DNA of 63,951 nt from Euryarchaeota archaeon UBA257 (GCA_002498985.1 DAJO01000009.1:1-63951), one strand, 5' to 3'; shown: positions 20,268 through 30,295, numbered from the stretch's first letter. Translations and numbers: made by a program. Notes: generated by a model from the sequence alone, not told the origin.

Positions 20268-22373
20268 TTATGGCCTTTGAGAATCTATCCCCCAGAGGCG
20301 ATTCACGGTAAAAACAAATACAGATAATAAGGTAAAAACCAGTATAACTGTTTGTAGGGGCTTCTGCCAGTATGGTTCAATTGAAACTTCAGAGTTAACA
20401 ATTATTTGACCACCATCATCTGTATCTTCAATTTGCCACTTGAAGTATGTACTAACTTGAGTTGAACTGCTTAACTCAAGATTCAATTCCACATCAAAGT
20501 ATCCTGGACCATTAGAATTAGCGGCAGGAACTGTAACAAATGGCCCACATTGACTGTCTACGCAAAACTGCCCAGAACCTGATGATGCTCTATTATTTTG
20601 CATAGATGCAGAGAATAAGACCGTGTTTCCCTCTACTAATTTACCCTTAATTTCAGTAGAAATTAATTCGATATCTATGCCAAAATTTGGAGAAATTGCT
20701 AAACCGAAAGCAAGATTTTGATGATTCGAAGAAGAATCATATGCATCAATACTAAAAATATGAGTTCCAGAAGTAAATGGTCCGAGAATCATTTTATCTA
20801 TTTCATTCATACTAACATTATTGACAATCTGCTCGTCATCAATTGATAGCGACCAAAAAGTTTCATTTATGGAATCTAAATCATCAAAAGATTGTTGCAA
20901 AGAAATTGTAATTAAATCACCATCTCTAGCGAGATTACTAGATGAAATCGATTGATTATTAATTATTAAATCGGGGATAATTGTTGGCCCTGTACCATCC
21001 AATACAATTACGTCCCACTCGCTAAAAATAGTGTTTCCAGCATTATCAGAAACTGTTAGATTAACTGACCATGATGTAGGTGATTTAGCTTTATGACGTT
21101 CAGATAGATTGAGATGAAGACCATTTGAATCGCTATTCTGATAAAATACATCCGAGAAAATAAGTTTGTCATCGTTTCTATGGACATAATTAGGAGTCTT
21201 ATTTGAGATGATTTTAATATTCACAGGCAATTCAGAATTAGGATCATTTGCTGAAATATTAAATGAAATACTTGTATCTGATTTCACGGTAATTGATTGA
21301 TTGTTATCTAAAATTATCCTTTCATTTTCTTCGTTAATATAAGAAATTACGGATTCCCAAACTGGAAATATAGAATCAATTACTACATTATCATACCACG
21401 TACTTGTGACATTAAACCAATCTTTACAATGCATTACTATACTAGCAACATCTCCTTCTTCAAAACCATAGTCCTGTGAAATAAAACTTATTTCGTCACC
21501 AAAATGTGTCAACACAATAGTTCCATTATTGGATAATGTCCACCATTGTTGATTATTATCTAGGCTGCTATCTTCACAATCACCATAGTATACAGTATTA
21601 GAATTTAGAGTAATCATTGCACCAGTTGAAGTTCTGTAACCTAAAGCGTTAGGCATTTGATTATTTGAAATTGTTACTCGGATATTGCTGGCCACATTTG
21701 CTTCGGAACGATTCACGATAAACTCACCTGGTTTTCCCGAAAATATTTCTCCCATAGCACTATACTTGTATTCCCAATCATTTGGGAGAAAGACCATTAA
21801 AGGAACTTCTTCAATAAATGCGCCTAATCTTGGAAAGTCAATAATTCTGGTAATACGACTATCTGTTTGGCCAATCAAATCGGTTGATTCTTCCCAACCC
21901 CATGATGTATTTTCTAAATCTATTGGGCCCACTATCACTTTAGATGTTATCAAATTAATACCTTGATTAGAATATAGAGGGTTATAATCGAAAATACAGC
22001 AACCACCATTTTCAGAATTAGTCCAGTTCCTTTCAATACGAAATAATTGATCAAATAAGTCTGATTCGTTAGAATCGACAAAACCGTCTGAATTTCCTAA
22101 ATGAATATCAATTTGAGCCCTTAAACCTAATTCTGAGTTCTGTAGAAGATCAGATCCAATCTGATCAGAGAGATTTATAGAAGACTCCCAAGATGCATTG
22201 AATTGTGAATTAACTTTTATATCGTCTTCTATTACCAACTTAGAATACCCGGTTATTGAAGAATAGAATATTTCATCATCAATATTTCGATCATTTGTGG
22301 CGCTAACAGAAACATTGCCTAAACTGAAAATAATTAAGAAAAAAAGTAGAAATGGCAGTACATTTTTGTTCAT
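20268..22373 (-). CDS. secreted, sequon-rich cell-surface protein with Ig-like modules and a C-terminal TM anchor
   Basis: The start is set to ATG 22373 (MNKNVLPFLLFFLIIFSLGNVSVSA signal peptide), 4 nt after the upstream stop. About 17 N-x-S/T sequons. DNAGN and VLDGTGP motifs are typical of Ig-like/HYR-type modules. There is a C-terminal TM helix. Confidence 0.75.
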   Translation of the reverse strand: MNKNVLPFLLFFLIIFSLGNVSVSATNDRNIDDEIFYSSITGYSKLVIEDDIKVNSQFNASWESSINLSDQIGSDLLQNSELGLRAQIDIHLGNSDGFVDSNESDLFDQLFRIERNWTNSENGGCCIFDYNPLYSNQGINLITSKVIVGPIDLENTSWGWEESTDLIGQTDSRITRIIDFPRLGAFIEEVPLMVFLPNDWEYKYSAMGEIFSGKPGEFIVNRSEANVASNIRVTISNNQMPNALGYRTSTGAMITLNSNTVYYGDCEDSSLDNNQQWWTLSNNGTIVLTHFGDEISFISQDYGFEEGDVASIVMHCKDWFNVTSTWYDNVVIDSIFPVWESVISYINEENERIILDNNQSITVKSDTSISFNISANDPNSELPVNIKIISNKTPNYVHRNDDKLIFSDVFYQNSDSNGLHLNLSERHKAKSPTSWSVNLTVSDNAGNTIFSEWDVIVLDGTGPTIIPDLIINNQSISSSNLARDGDLITISLQQSFDDLDSINETFWSLSIDDEQIVNNVSMNEIDKMILGPFTSGTHIFSIDAYDSSSNHQNLAFGLAISPNFGIDIELISTEIKGKLVEGNTVLFSASMQNNRASSGSGQFCVDSQCGPFVTVPAANSNGPGYFDVELNLELSSSTQVSTYFKWQIEDTDDGGQIIVNSEVSIEPYWQKPLQTVILVFTLLSVFVFTVNRLWGIDSQRP

Positions 22374-22377
22374 TATT

Positions 22378-23388
22378 TCACACTCTTGAATCATTAAAAA
22401 TAATTGATGAACCGTTATAATCAATATTCAAAGGAAAAAATCTATGTTCAGAAGAGAACTCAGATTGTAGTTTTTCACGAATCTCAGAATCACCATGGAC
22501 AAGGAAAAAACCTCCTCCACCTGCACCTAATAATTTAGCACCATTAGCACCATTAGACATGATACGGCTATACATTTCATCAAGGAAATGGTTACTGACA
22601 TTCGGAGAGATTCCTTTTTTCATCAACCATGCTTCATTAAGAAGGCGTCCAAGATTTGAGAAATTACCTGATGAAAGATATTCTCTAGCTTCGTCTGCCT
22701 GTTCTCTAATTCGAATAAGATTTTCAATAGCTGATTTACCCTCTTCTTCAGAATTTGACAAAACAGCAGAGGCTGAGCGGTTCTGTCCCGTAAAGATAAG
22801 AGTGAACTCTTCGGATAATCTTGATTTTAATTGGTCGGAAATATTAATTGGATCTACAATTACATTACCGTCTGAACAGAATTTAATTGAATTTATTCCA
22901 CCAAAGGATGCGGCATATTGATCTTGTCTACCTATAGGTTGGCCAAGAATTTTAATCTCAATTTCACAAGCCTCAGATGCTAATTGAGATGCAGGAACAT
23001 CCCTACCTGCGAAACAATGTAATGCATTAAGTAGACCTACTGTAACTGCCGAAGACGAACCTAAACCAGTTCCTCTAGATGGAATATCTGCTATTGTAGT
23101 AATTTCTACGCCTGAAGTAACACCGGTCATTCTCATTGATTCTCGCACTAGTTCATGTTCAAGATCTTCGAAATCATCCACAATTTCTAACTTTGAGTAA
23201 GATAGTCTAATTCTTTCATCAAAACGCCTGTTCACTGTTACGTGAATGTATCTATCAATAGCTATAGATGTGACCATTCCACCATTTTCAGAAGAAAGAG
23301 AGAACCAATCTACGTCAGTTCCACCACCGCAAAATGAGACTCGAACAGGTGTCCGACTGATTATCATCAGGATGAGGGGGTAATTCAT
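22378..23388 (-). CDS. GHMP-family sugar kinase (HddA / D-glycero-D-manno-heptose-7-phosphate kinase-like, COG2605 type)
   Basis: SRTPVRVSFCGGGTD N-terminus, GHMP motif II PSRGTGLGSSSA and C-terminal GAGGGGF. The substrate is not determinable from sequence. Confidence 0.75.
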   Translation of the reverse strand: MNYPLILMIISRTPVRVSFCGGGTDVDWFSLSSENGGMVTSIAIDRYIHVTVNRRFDERIRLSYSKLEIVDDFEDLEHELVRESMRMTGVTSGVEITTIADIPSRGTGLGSSSAVTVGLLNALHCFAGRDVPASQLASEACEIEIKILGQPIGRQDQYAASFGGINSIKFCSDGNVIVDPINISDQLKSRLSEEFTLIFTGQNRSASAVLSNSEEEGKSAIENLIRIREQADEAREYLSSGNFSNLGRLLNEAWLMKKGISPNVSNHFLDEMYSRIMSNGANGAKLLGAGGGGFFLVHGDSEIREKLQSEFSSEHRFFPLNIDYNGSSIIFNDSRV

Positions 23389-23477
23389 TACTCATCAAGA
23401 CAGCGGAATACGGTCATCAAAGGTTATGCTTAGAGGGCAATGCATATGACCGACTTCTAACGCGATTAGATAGGGGA

Positions 23478-24416
23478 ATGAGTATGGGCGACCTTATTAC
23501 GATGGACGATCTAACAAATGAAGAGATATTGCAAGTCCTTGATAATGCAAGAAGTTTATTGCCAGTCGCCAAAGGAGATGTGTACTTACCTTTACTCCAA
23601 GGTAAGGTTTTAGGGAATCTTTTCTTTGAGAATTCAACACGCACTCGTATGTCATTTGAAACTGCAATGAAGAGATTAGGAGGAGAAGTCCTGAATCTAA
23701 GCTCTATTGGTTCTTCTGTGGCTAAAGGTGAAACCTTGTATGATACCATGCAGATGGTAGATGGATATGCAGATATTGCCGTCATCAGGCATCCGAATCA
23801 AGGAGCTGCGCAATATAGCGCGGATGCAGTGGAAATACCAATCCTGAATGGAGGAGATGGCGCCGGAAATCATCCAACACAAACAATGCTAGATTTATTT
23901 ACAATCCGTGAAGCACACGGCAGTCTTGAGGGTCTGAATGTGATGATGGTAGGAGATCTTAGATATGGAAGAACAACGCATAGTTTATCTCATGCATTAG
24001 TGAGATTTGGAGCTAAAATAACACTTGTTTCCCCAGAATCACTGAGGATGCCTGATGAAATTGTTTCAGATTTAATAAGTCATGGTGGAGAAATAAATGA
24101 AACAGAAGAAATGTCATTATCTATTGATTCTGCTGATGTAATATATATGACGAGAATACAGAAAGAAAGATTTCCTGACGAAGATGAATACATCCAAGTA
24201 GCAGGAATTTATAAATTAACTGAAGATGATTTATCGGGAGCAAAGGCTGGAATGATAGTCATGCATCCACTACCGAGAGTAAATGAATTAGATGCCAGTG
24301 TTGACTCAACAAAACATGCAAGATATTTCCAACAGGCGTTCAATGGTGTCCCTACTAGAATGGCTTTATTGTGCAGAAGCCTAGGAGTAAAAATTCCAAA
24401 GAAGGTGAATAAATGA
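23478..24416 (+). CDS. pyrB: aspartate carbamoyltransferase catalytic subunit
   Basis: STRTR and HPTQ motifs plus the HPLPR motif. An alternative ATG at 23484 has better Shine-Dalgarno spacing. Confidence 0.95.
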   Translation: MSMGDLITMDDLTNEEILQVLDNARSLLPVAKGDVYLPLLQGKVLGNLFFENSTRTRMSFETAMKRLGGEVLNLSSIGSSVAKGETLYDTMQMVDGYADIAVIRHPNQGAAQYSADAVEIPILNGGDGAGNHPTQTMLDLFTIREAHGSLEGLNVMMVGDLRYGRTTHSLSHALVRFGAKITLVSPESLRMPDEIVSDLISHGGEINETEEMSLSIDSADVIYMTRIQKERFPDEDEYIQVAGIYKLTEDDLSGAKAGMIVMHPLPRVNELDASVDSTKHARYFQQAFNGVPTRMALLCRSLGVKIPKKVNK

Positions 24417-24880
24417 GTGAAATGAGGCGCGTTACTGCAATTTGTAATGGTACAGCAATAGATCACATCCCATCAGGGCATGCATTACAAGTGCTGAAGA
24501 TGTTGAGATTAGATGTCGGAAGATCTAACCCAATTTCCATGGTAATGAACGTACCTAGTGGGAAAATGGGAAGAAAAGATGTTTTGAAAATTGAAGACCG
24601 AGAGTTAAATCAAGAAGAATTAGACCGCTTGGCTCTGATCGCTCCTAAAGCATCTGTTGCAATTATTCGAAATTACCATGTAGCAGAAAAAAGAACTATT
24701 GAATTAGGCACAGAATTGATAAATATCGTAAGATGCTCTTTTTCAAATTGTATTACACAAAATCCCCGCGAACCTTTACCACATAAACTAAAAATTATTT
24801 CAGCAGAACCTATGAAGATAAGATGCTTTTATTGTGGAAAGAATCAAAATATTGATGAAATTGTAGATTATATAATTTAA
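24413..24880 (+). CDS. pyrI: aspartate carbamoyltransferase regulatory subunit
   Basis: Overlaps the pyrB stop by 4 nt. A C-terminal Zn domain carries two Cys pairs (CSFSNC...CFYCG). Confidence 0.9.
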   Translation: MSEMRRVTAICNGTAIDHIPSGHALQVLKMLRLDVGRSNPISMVMNVPSGKMGRKDVLKIEDRELNQEELDRLALIAPKASVAIIRNYHVAEKRTIELGTELINIVRCSFSNCITQNPREPLPHKLKIISAEPMKIRCFYCGKNQNIDEIVDYII

Positions 24881-25872
24881 TTTTCTTCCAACCATCGTTT
24901 CATTGTACAAGCCTGACATATTTCTCTACTAGTAATTTCGCCACATTTCTTACAATTCTTTATTTCTGATTTAACAGGATTAACTTCTTTGTATAATTTA
25001 CGAATTTGATCTAATGAATGTAATAATCCATGCCTTGAACCTGGCGTCATTGTTTCCATATCGGCAATAATTCTACGACTTAATTGCCTCATTGCACCTG
25101 GTGCATGTGGGCAATCTCCATGGTGAATAGGTAATTTAGAAAAAATAGCATGGGCATGAATTTCTTGTTCTGGAATCCAACGTAAAGGAACTACTCTAGG
25201 GGCAAGTCCTTCAATTGGGTCATCAGTATGAGGGGCTAATCTTACTGACCTCTCAATATTTCCTTTCTGAAAATTCATTACTATTGATTGAGCCATATCG
25301 TCTAGATTATGCCCTAAAGCCATAATATCTGCTCCAACTTTCTCTGCTAAAGCATTAATTCCTTGTCTTCTAAAAACACCACAATAAGAACATGGCATCA
25401 TACCCTTAGCATCAGGATTGTTTTCTCCAATTGTGTCCATCTTCTTTACCACATTATCCATTCTATCATAGCCAATTTCCTCATAAGATAATGTTTCAAA
25501 TTTGATATCCAGAGATTTGGCAAGTTCTCTTGCCAATTCAAGTGATGGAGAGCGATACCCATCTATTCCTTCATCGATACAGCCAGAGATAATTTCTACA
25601 TCTCTTCTTTGACCTATAATATCAACAAGCATACTGAGTAACACTGCTGAGTCTTTACCACCTGAAATCGCTACAAAGATTTTGAAAGGTGTACCGTCTG
25701 CATGTCGAGCATCTTTAGGTAAATCTATTTGTAAGCGTATTTCTTTAGCCACTCGTTTCCTTATTGACAATGCTAGATGTTTGCCACACAAATGTTGACC
25801 ACTATACTCTTGAAAAAGAATGGACGGTTCTCTACATTGACTACAAGATTGTATTGAGAGCCCGCCGTTCAT
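24877..25872 (-). CDS. tRNA 2-thiolation PP-loop ATPase (TtuA/NcsA-Ncs6 family)
   Basis: SGGKDS PP-loop flanked by N- and C-terminal CxxC zinc-finger pairs. Confidence 0.85.
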   Translation of the reverse strand: MNGGLSIQSCSQCREPSILFQEYSGQHLCGKHLALSIRKRVAKEIRLQIDLPKDARHADGTPFKIFVAISGGKDSAVLLSMLVDIIGQRRDVEIISGCIDEGIDGYRSPSLELARELAKSLDIKFETLSYEEIGYDRMDNVVKKMDTIGENNPDAKGMMPCSYCGVFRRQGINALAEKVGADIMALGHNLDDMAQSIVMNFQKGNIERSVRLAPHTDDPIEGLAPRVVPLRWIPEQEIHAHAIFSKLPIHHGDCPHAPGAMRQLSRRIIADMETMTPGSRHGLLHSLDQIRKLYKEVNPVKSEIKNCKKCGEITSREICQACTMKRWLEEN

Positions 25873-25919
25873 GATGTGTCGTCAAGTATTCTGCGCTTGA
25901 ACCCAACGAGTCAAGGATA

Positions 25920-26201
25920 GTGATTAATCGATGGATTGATGACCTAGGTGCTCCTGATAGGGGTATGAATGGGTCACTGCCTTTACCCAATCAAAAAGAA
26001 AATATAGCGAGTAAATTTGGGCCATGGTTACATCGTTTCTTAGTTCTTAGTACGATTATCATGACTATCTTTTTCCAAGAACAGATAATAGAATTATTAG
26101 GATTAGTTGGTATCGGGAATAATTTTATGTTAGTAATTGTTCAATTGATTGTGATTATTATTTTCTGGGGTACTTTCCACAAAATTTTACGACTGAGTTA
26201 A
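25920..26201 (+). CDS. small two-TM membrane protein, hypothetical
   Basis: This is the only plausible ORF in an otherwise 325-nt gap, with two hydrophobic helices. Start is GTG 25920 or ATG 25965. No family recognised. Confidence 0.45.
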   Translation: MINRWIDDLGAPDRGMNGSLPLPNQKENIASKFGPWLHRFLVLSTIIMTIFFQEQIIELLGLVGIGNNFMLVIVQLIVIIIFWGTFHKILRLS

Positions 26202-27400
26202 TTCCTTATTCTTGAAAGACCTGTTTCGATCACTCCGGTGATTCTTTGCCAAGGGATTACAAATCGTCCCCCTGCAACAACAATCATGAATAATGACGCT
26301 GAAATTACTTTACCATAGGTTAACTGTAATTCCAATGATTCTTTTACTTGGCCTGACCACTGAGAACCTTCCAGGATGCCAACAAATGAAATCAAGAAAT
26401 CATCAAATTCAAGAGCGATTGCAGTAGTTAAACTTACAACAATCATTATGCCGAATAAATGGATTAAATGCCCGTTAATGATGTTATTAAATTGATTGAT
26501 ATACTCTGAATCCTTCTTTGAAGCTTCAGGAAGTACTGAGGTATATTCTAGGTTTGTTATTACTGCTAATCCTGATTCTAAGAATACCAATATTAGTATG
26601 GCCACGGTCAGTAAATCAAATCCTAATGGAGATATTAAACCTCCAAATAATGTTGCTTCACCAATCTGGGCAGATAGAGGTTTCAAACCAACATCTACTG
26701 CTGAAGTTACCCCTTCAAATGTTAACATTGCATGGATGCCAATTATCATCAAAAAATAGCCAGTAGCCCAAGTAATCATTCTTTTCGACAAACCCCAAAT
26801 GCCCATTAAGCCTACAAGAATAGGAGCGAAAACTATTCCAAAGAATACTAATTCAAAGAAAAATTCAAACGGTGCCAGCACTAAATTAATATGATTATAT
26901 TGGTCATCGGCGTTTCCTATTGGTAGGTAGGCACCATTTGAGACCATCCCTATCAACCAAGAAATAAGAAATGGAAGAAGGAACCAAGATGCCATTATTG
27001 CACTAAATATTCTTTTGATAATTAGCTGTAATCTTTCACCACGTGTTTGGACAAATACCCATAATATGGTCAAAATAAAACAGAGGAGTAAAGGCATAGT
27101 AAATGCGTTAAAACCAGTTTCATTAATTCCAGTAATAAAATCAGGAAGAATTGTATTGCCATTGGAATCCATCCATCTCAATCCTCTGGTATGTTCATAT
27201 GCAGGGCACCACCCATCAGTTCCAGAATTTGCGACAAACTTCTCAGAACATTCGCCGTACAATTCACTCATTTTACGCATTAATAATAATAGTGAAATTG
27301 TAGATAGAGTTTGTAATAGTAGCACTTGCCATCTAAAACGTAATTTTGTGATATGGAGAGTTTTTGATTCGGGTACTACATCCATTGCCATTTTATTCAC
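26198..27400 (-). CDS. polytopic (~9-10 TM) membrane protein, function unknown
   Basis: 400-aa hydrophobic ORF. It starts at GTG 27400 or ATG 27391, 2-11 nt after the DUF58 gene stop. No family recognised. Confidence 0.7.
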   Translation of the reverse strand: MNKMAMDVVPESKTLHITKLRFRWQVLLLQTLSTISLLLLMRKMSELYGECSEKFVANSGTDGWCPAYEHTRGLRWMDSNGNTILPDFITGINETGFNAFTMPLLLCFILTILWVFVQTRGERLQLIIKRIFSAIMASWFLLPFLISWLIGMVSNGAYLPIGNADDQYNHINLVLAPFEFFFELVFFGIVFAPILVGLMGIWGLSKRMITWATGYFLMIIGIHAMLTFEGVTSAVDVGLKPLSAQIGEATLFGGLISPLGFDLLTVAILILVFLESGLAVITNLEYTSVLPEASKKDSEYINQFNNIINGHLIHLFGIMIVVSLTTAIALEFDDFLISFVGILEGSQWSGQVKESLELQLTYGKVISASLFMIVVAGGRFVIPWQRITGVIETGLSRIRN

Positions 27401-27402
27401 CC

Positions 27403-28656
27403 CTAGACTGTCCTGATTTGTAATAATGCTTGAGACAATTCAACACTGGGCGTCCAGTCTATTACTTTAGCACCATAACCTGAAATCGCTGTTAATCGAT
27501 TCTGTCTTTCTAGTTTTAATACCTCATAGGCCATTCTTGGAATCCTACTTACAAGCCTTTCAAGATCAATACTACTAGGTGATAAAACAATTACTTCATG
27601 ACCCTTACCTGAAAGATTTCTAATTGCCGACAAAGTAGTACCGTCTCCTTCAAGGCTGCTAATGATAAATACTGGAGAACCTCGAGAGATTCGTGGAGAT
27701 AGAGCATTAGTCACTGCTTGCAAAGGCATACTACCTTTTGATTCGACCGCTGCTAATTGACTAAGAACTTTATAATGCTGCTTATCTCCAGTTTCTGGAG
27801 GAAGAAAATCCATTCTTTCACCATAGGTAACCAAGGATACAGAATCTCTTCTCTTTATGAAATAGTTAGCAATTGAAGCTGCGGCTACAGTACCCATTTC
27901 TAACGGGTTCTTTAGGACTGTTCCAATTCTTGCTACATCACGAGTGTCAAGAATAATGAAAACGTCGGTTACTGCGTCTCTGGTTTTCTCATTTACCATT
28001 AATTCCCCTGTTCTAGCAAAAGCTTTCCAATTTATTGAACGAAAAGAGTCGCCAGGAAAATATTCTCTTAAAGCATAAAATTCCATACCTTGACCAGGTG
28101 TTTTTAGGGTTGTAGCTCCCGTATACATTTTCGGCACATCTGACCGAATCAAAGCCTCTTCTACATCTCTAACTTGAGGGAATACAGTAATATCTGATCT
28201 ATCGCCAACACTAGTTTCAGAAACAAATAAATTGAATGTATTTCTGTACCTGATAGACGTTGGCCCTATTGTGTAGTGGCCTCTTAATGGACAACGGACT
28301 GTGTAACGGATTGTTGCTGTCTGTCCAGGACCTAGATTCATTCTCATTAAATTTATTCCTTTTCTCATTTTCATCTCATGAGGTACATTATCAAAAACCT
28401 CTAACTGCTGTGTACGACGATATGACTTATTTGTAACCGTTAATACAACATTAATGTCGTCTCCTTTGTAAACATTAACTGCTGAAACATCTCTTTTAAT
28501 TTCTAAATCTGAATGGCCCTCAACCCATCCATTAATTGCTAAAAATGATATGAAAGTCAAACCCACAATCATCAGTTGGAAGTTTGAAATCATCATACCT
28601 ATCAAAATTAAGCTTATTCCACTTGTGAGAAGGATAGCCGCTTTACGAGTCCACAT
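27403..28656 (-). CDS. DUF58-family protein (N-terminal TM hairpin, Ig-like segment, vWA-like domain)
   Basis: The FRSINWKAFARTGELMVNE segment matches the DUF58 hallmark I recall (R.I.WKASAR.G.LMV.E). Two N-terminal TM helices. The ATG overlaps the upstream gene by 14 nt. Confidence 0.8.
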   Translation of the reverse strand: MWTRKAAILLTSGISLILIGMMISNFQLMIVGLTFISFLAINGWVEGHSDLEIKRDVSAVNVYKGDDINVVLTVTNKSYRRTQQLEVFDNVPHEMKMRKGINLMRMNLGPGQTATIRYTVRCPLRGHYTIGPTSIRYRNTFNLFVSETSVGDRSDITVFPQVRDVEEALIRSDVPKMYTGATTLKTPGQGMEFYALREYFPGDSFRSINWKAFARTGELMVNEKTRDAVTDVFIILDTRDVARIGTVLKNPLEMGTVAAASIANYFIKRRDSVSLVTYGERMDFLPPETGDKQHYKVLSQLAAVESKGSMPLQAVTNALSPRISRGSPVFIISSLEGDGTTLSAIRNLSGKGHEVIVLSPSSIDLERLVSRIPRMAYEVLKLERQNRLTAISGYGAKVIDWTPSVELSQALLQIRTV

Positions 28657-30295
28657 ATTCGACCTCCTCCTCAGAACTGGTTGAACCCCACTCTTTGATT
28701 CTCTTAACTACACCAACCAATTCATCTGGTTTGTACCTGCGATCTTCAAATATGAATTTAGTTAATACTTGATCATCAATCATTCTTTGTAACTCTGCAG
28801 CAGGAAGTGCATCAAATTCTTCTCTTGAGAGTGTATTTAAATTTCTAATTCTTGTCAATAAAACCTGCCTTATTTTTTCTGGCTTCTGATAATACTCGTA
28901 TCTTCTAGCATCACCAAATCCATAGTATATTATTCTAAATACATGGCGCCAATTCTCAGGATCCTCTTTACGGATTAGAACTGCTTCTAAAGTAATAAAT
29001 AAACCAAGGAAAAGTAGCAACATAGCCATCCAGTCATTAGTGAAGTAAATTAATAGATAATACATTAAATTGTATGTATCGCCAAACAATGTAGGCTGTT
29101 GATGTCTAGATTCATCAAAAATAACAATTGCATTTGAAGAACTTTTAGCACTAGAATTTCCAATCAATAAAGATTCAGCAATTACATCTAATGCCCACTT
29201 TCTGTTATCATTTGAAGGGACAACATCATCGACCCCTGAGTAGAATGCATCATCGTATAATGAGTTAGTTAATATTGAACCATCTGCAACAAAGTGTACC
29301 CTTCCTGAATCTGCACCGACACACAAACGATCTGCACAGTAACGGACATAAACTGCAAATGGACCTACTTCATCTCCATCAATACCAAAAGCGGAAGAAC
29401 CAATCGTAAGATTGCCATCATCATTAGTATCTAAGTATGAATCAAGTGTAGATTTACCAATGTCATATCTATTTTCAACTGGGTTGTAAGAACCTGCATT
29501 AAATGCAGATGGCTGGTTTGTTAATAAATTATAATTTTCTGAAAAATCCCATTGTGTTTCTGAAATCCATCTGTGCGAACATAGTCCGGCATCTTCTCTA
29601 GTAATTCCTGCAGGAAATGTAGTAATATCATAAGGGTCAGTGTCTAATAAATCAATAAAACCATCTGTATCAGTATCTCTGAGACATGGATGAATACTTG
29701 ATAAAGAGCCAGAATTAGTGGTGAAATTGAATGCAGAAGTCGTATTCACCCATATGAAATTGTAATCTAACTCTGTAGCATATGCTTCTCCATCATACAA
29801 TGTATGTCCAGAAAACTCTAATCCAAACTGTTCTGCTAAAGTTGAAGAATATCCTTTATCATCCATCAATAGTACTGTGCCACCTGCTTCGACAAATTCA
29901 TCGATGGCAAGTATCTCTGAAGTTGTGTATCCTGAACCTTCTGAAAGTTCTATCACATTTTCGTCACCAGTAAATCTAGGTAGTGAAATAGTATCCTTCT
30001 CAACACCTGAAATTATGAAAATAGCTTCTTCGGGATGGTCTATTTCACTCAATAAAAGAGGACTTGATACCAATGCAGTAGTATCAACCCCCATTCTGTT
30101 TATTTCTTCCCTAAATAGACCAAGGTCATTCCAGTCATCACCATAAGCTGATTGTTGGGTTTGACCGTCGGTAACATATGTCGCTGCGATAGTAGAAATT
30201 AGGAGTATTAGTAAAATCCAAAAAGCACCCACTAACATATTTCGGCGCGCTTTTAGAGTCGTTAATCTTCGAGTATAGTCGCGAAAATTAGCCAT
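28643..30295 (-). CDS. bitopic membrane protein with a DUF4350-like (GldG-like) ectodomain
   Basis: An N-terminal TM helix, an acidic ~380-aa domain with the pattern ...IFIISGVEKD...FVEAGGTVLLMDD..., a second TM helix and a basic cytoplasmic tail. The start is set to ATG 30295 (MANFRDY). Confidence 0.65.
   Translation of the reverse strand: MANFRDYTRRLTTLKARRNMLVGAFWILLILLISTIAATYVTDGQTQQSAYGDDWNDLGLFREEINRMGVDTTALVSSPLLLSEIDHPEEAIFIISGVEKDTISLPRFTGDENVIELSEGSGYTTSEILAIDEFVEAGGTVLLMDDKGYSSTLAEQFGLEFSGHTLYDGEAYATELDYNFIWVNTTSAFNFTTNSGSLSSIHPCLRDTDTDGFIDLLDTDPYDITTFPAGITREDAGLCSHRWISETQWDFSENYNLLTNQPSAFNAGSYNPVENRYDIGKSTLDSYLDTNDDGNLTIGSSAFGIDGDEVGPFAVYVRYCADRLCVGADSGRVHFVADGSILTNSLYDDAFYSGVDDVVPSNDNRKWALDVIAESLLIGNSSAKSSSNAIVIFDESRHQQPTLFGDTYNLMYYLLIYFTNDWMAMLLLFLGLFITLEAVLIRKEDPENWRHVFRIIYYGFGDARRYEYYQKPEKIRQVLLTRIRNLNTLSREEFDALPAAELQRMIDDQVLTKFIFEDRRYKPDELVGVVKRIKEWGSTSSEEEVEYVDS

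Noticed and set aside
23417-23785. 122-aa minus-strand ORF overlapping the pyrB 5' region
   Set aside because: It overlaps pyrB and the divergent promoter gap, and its translation has no recognisable features.
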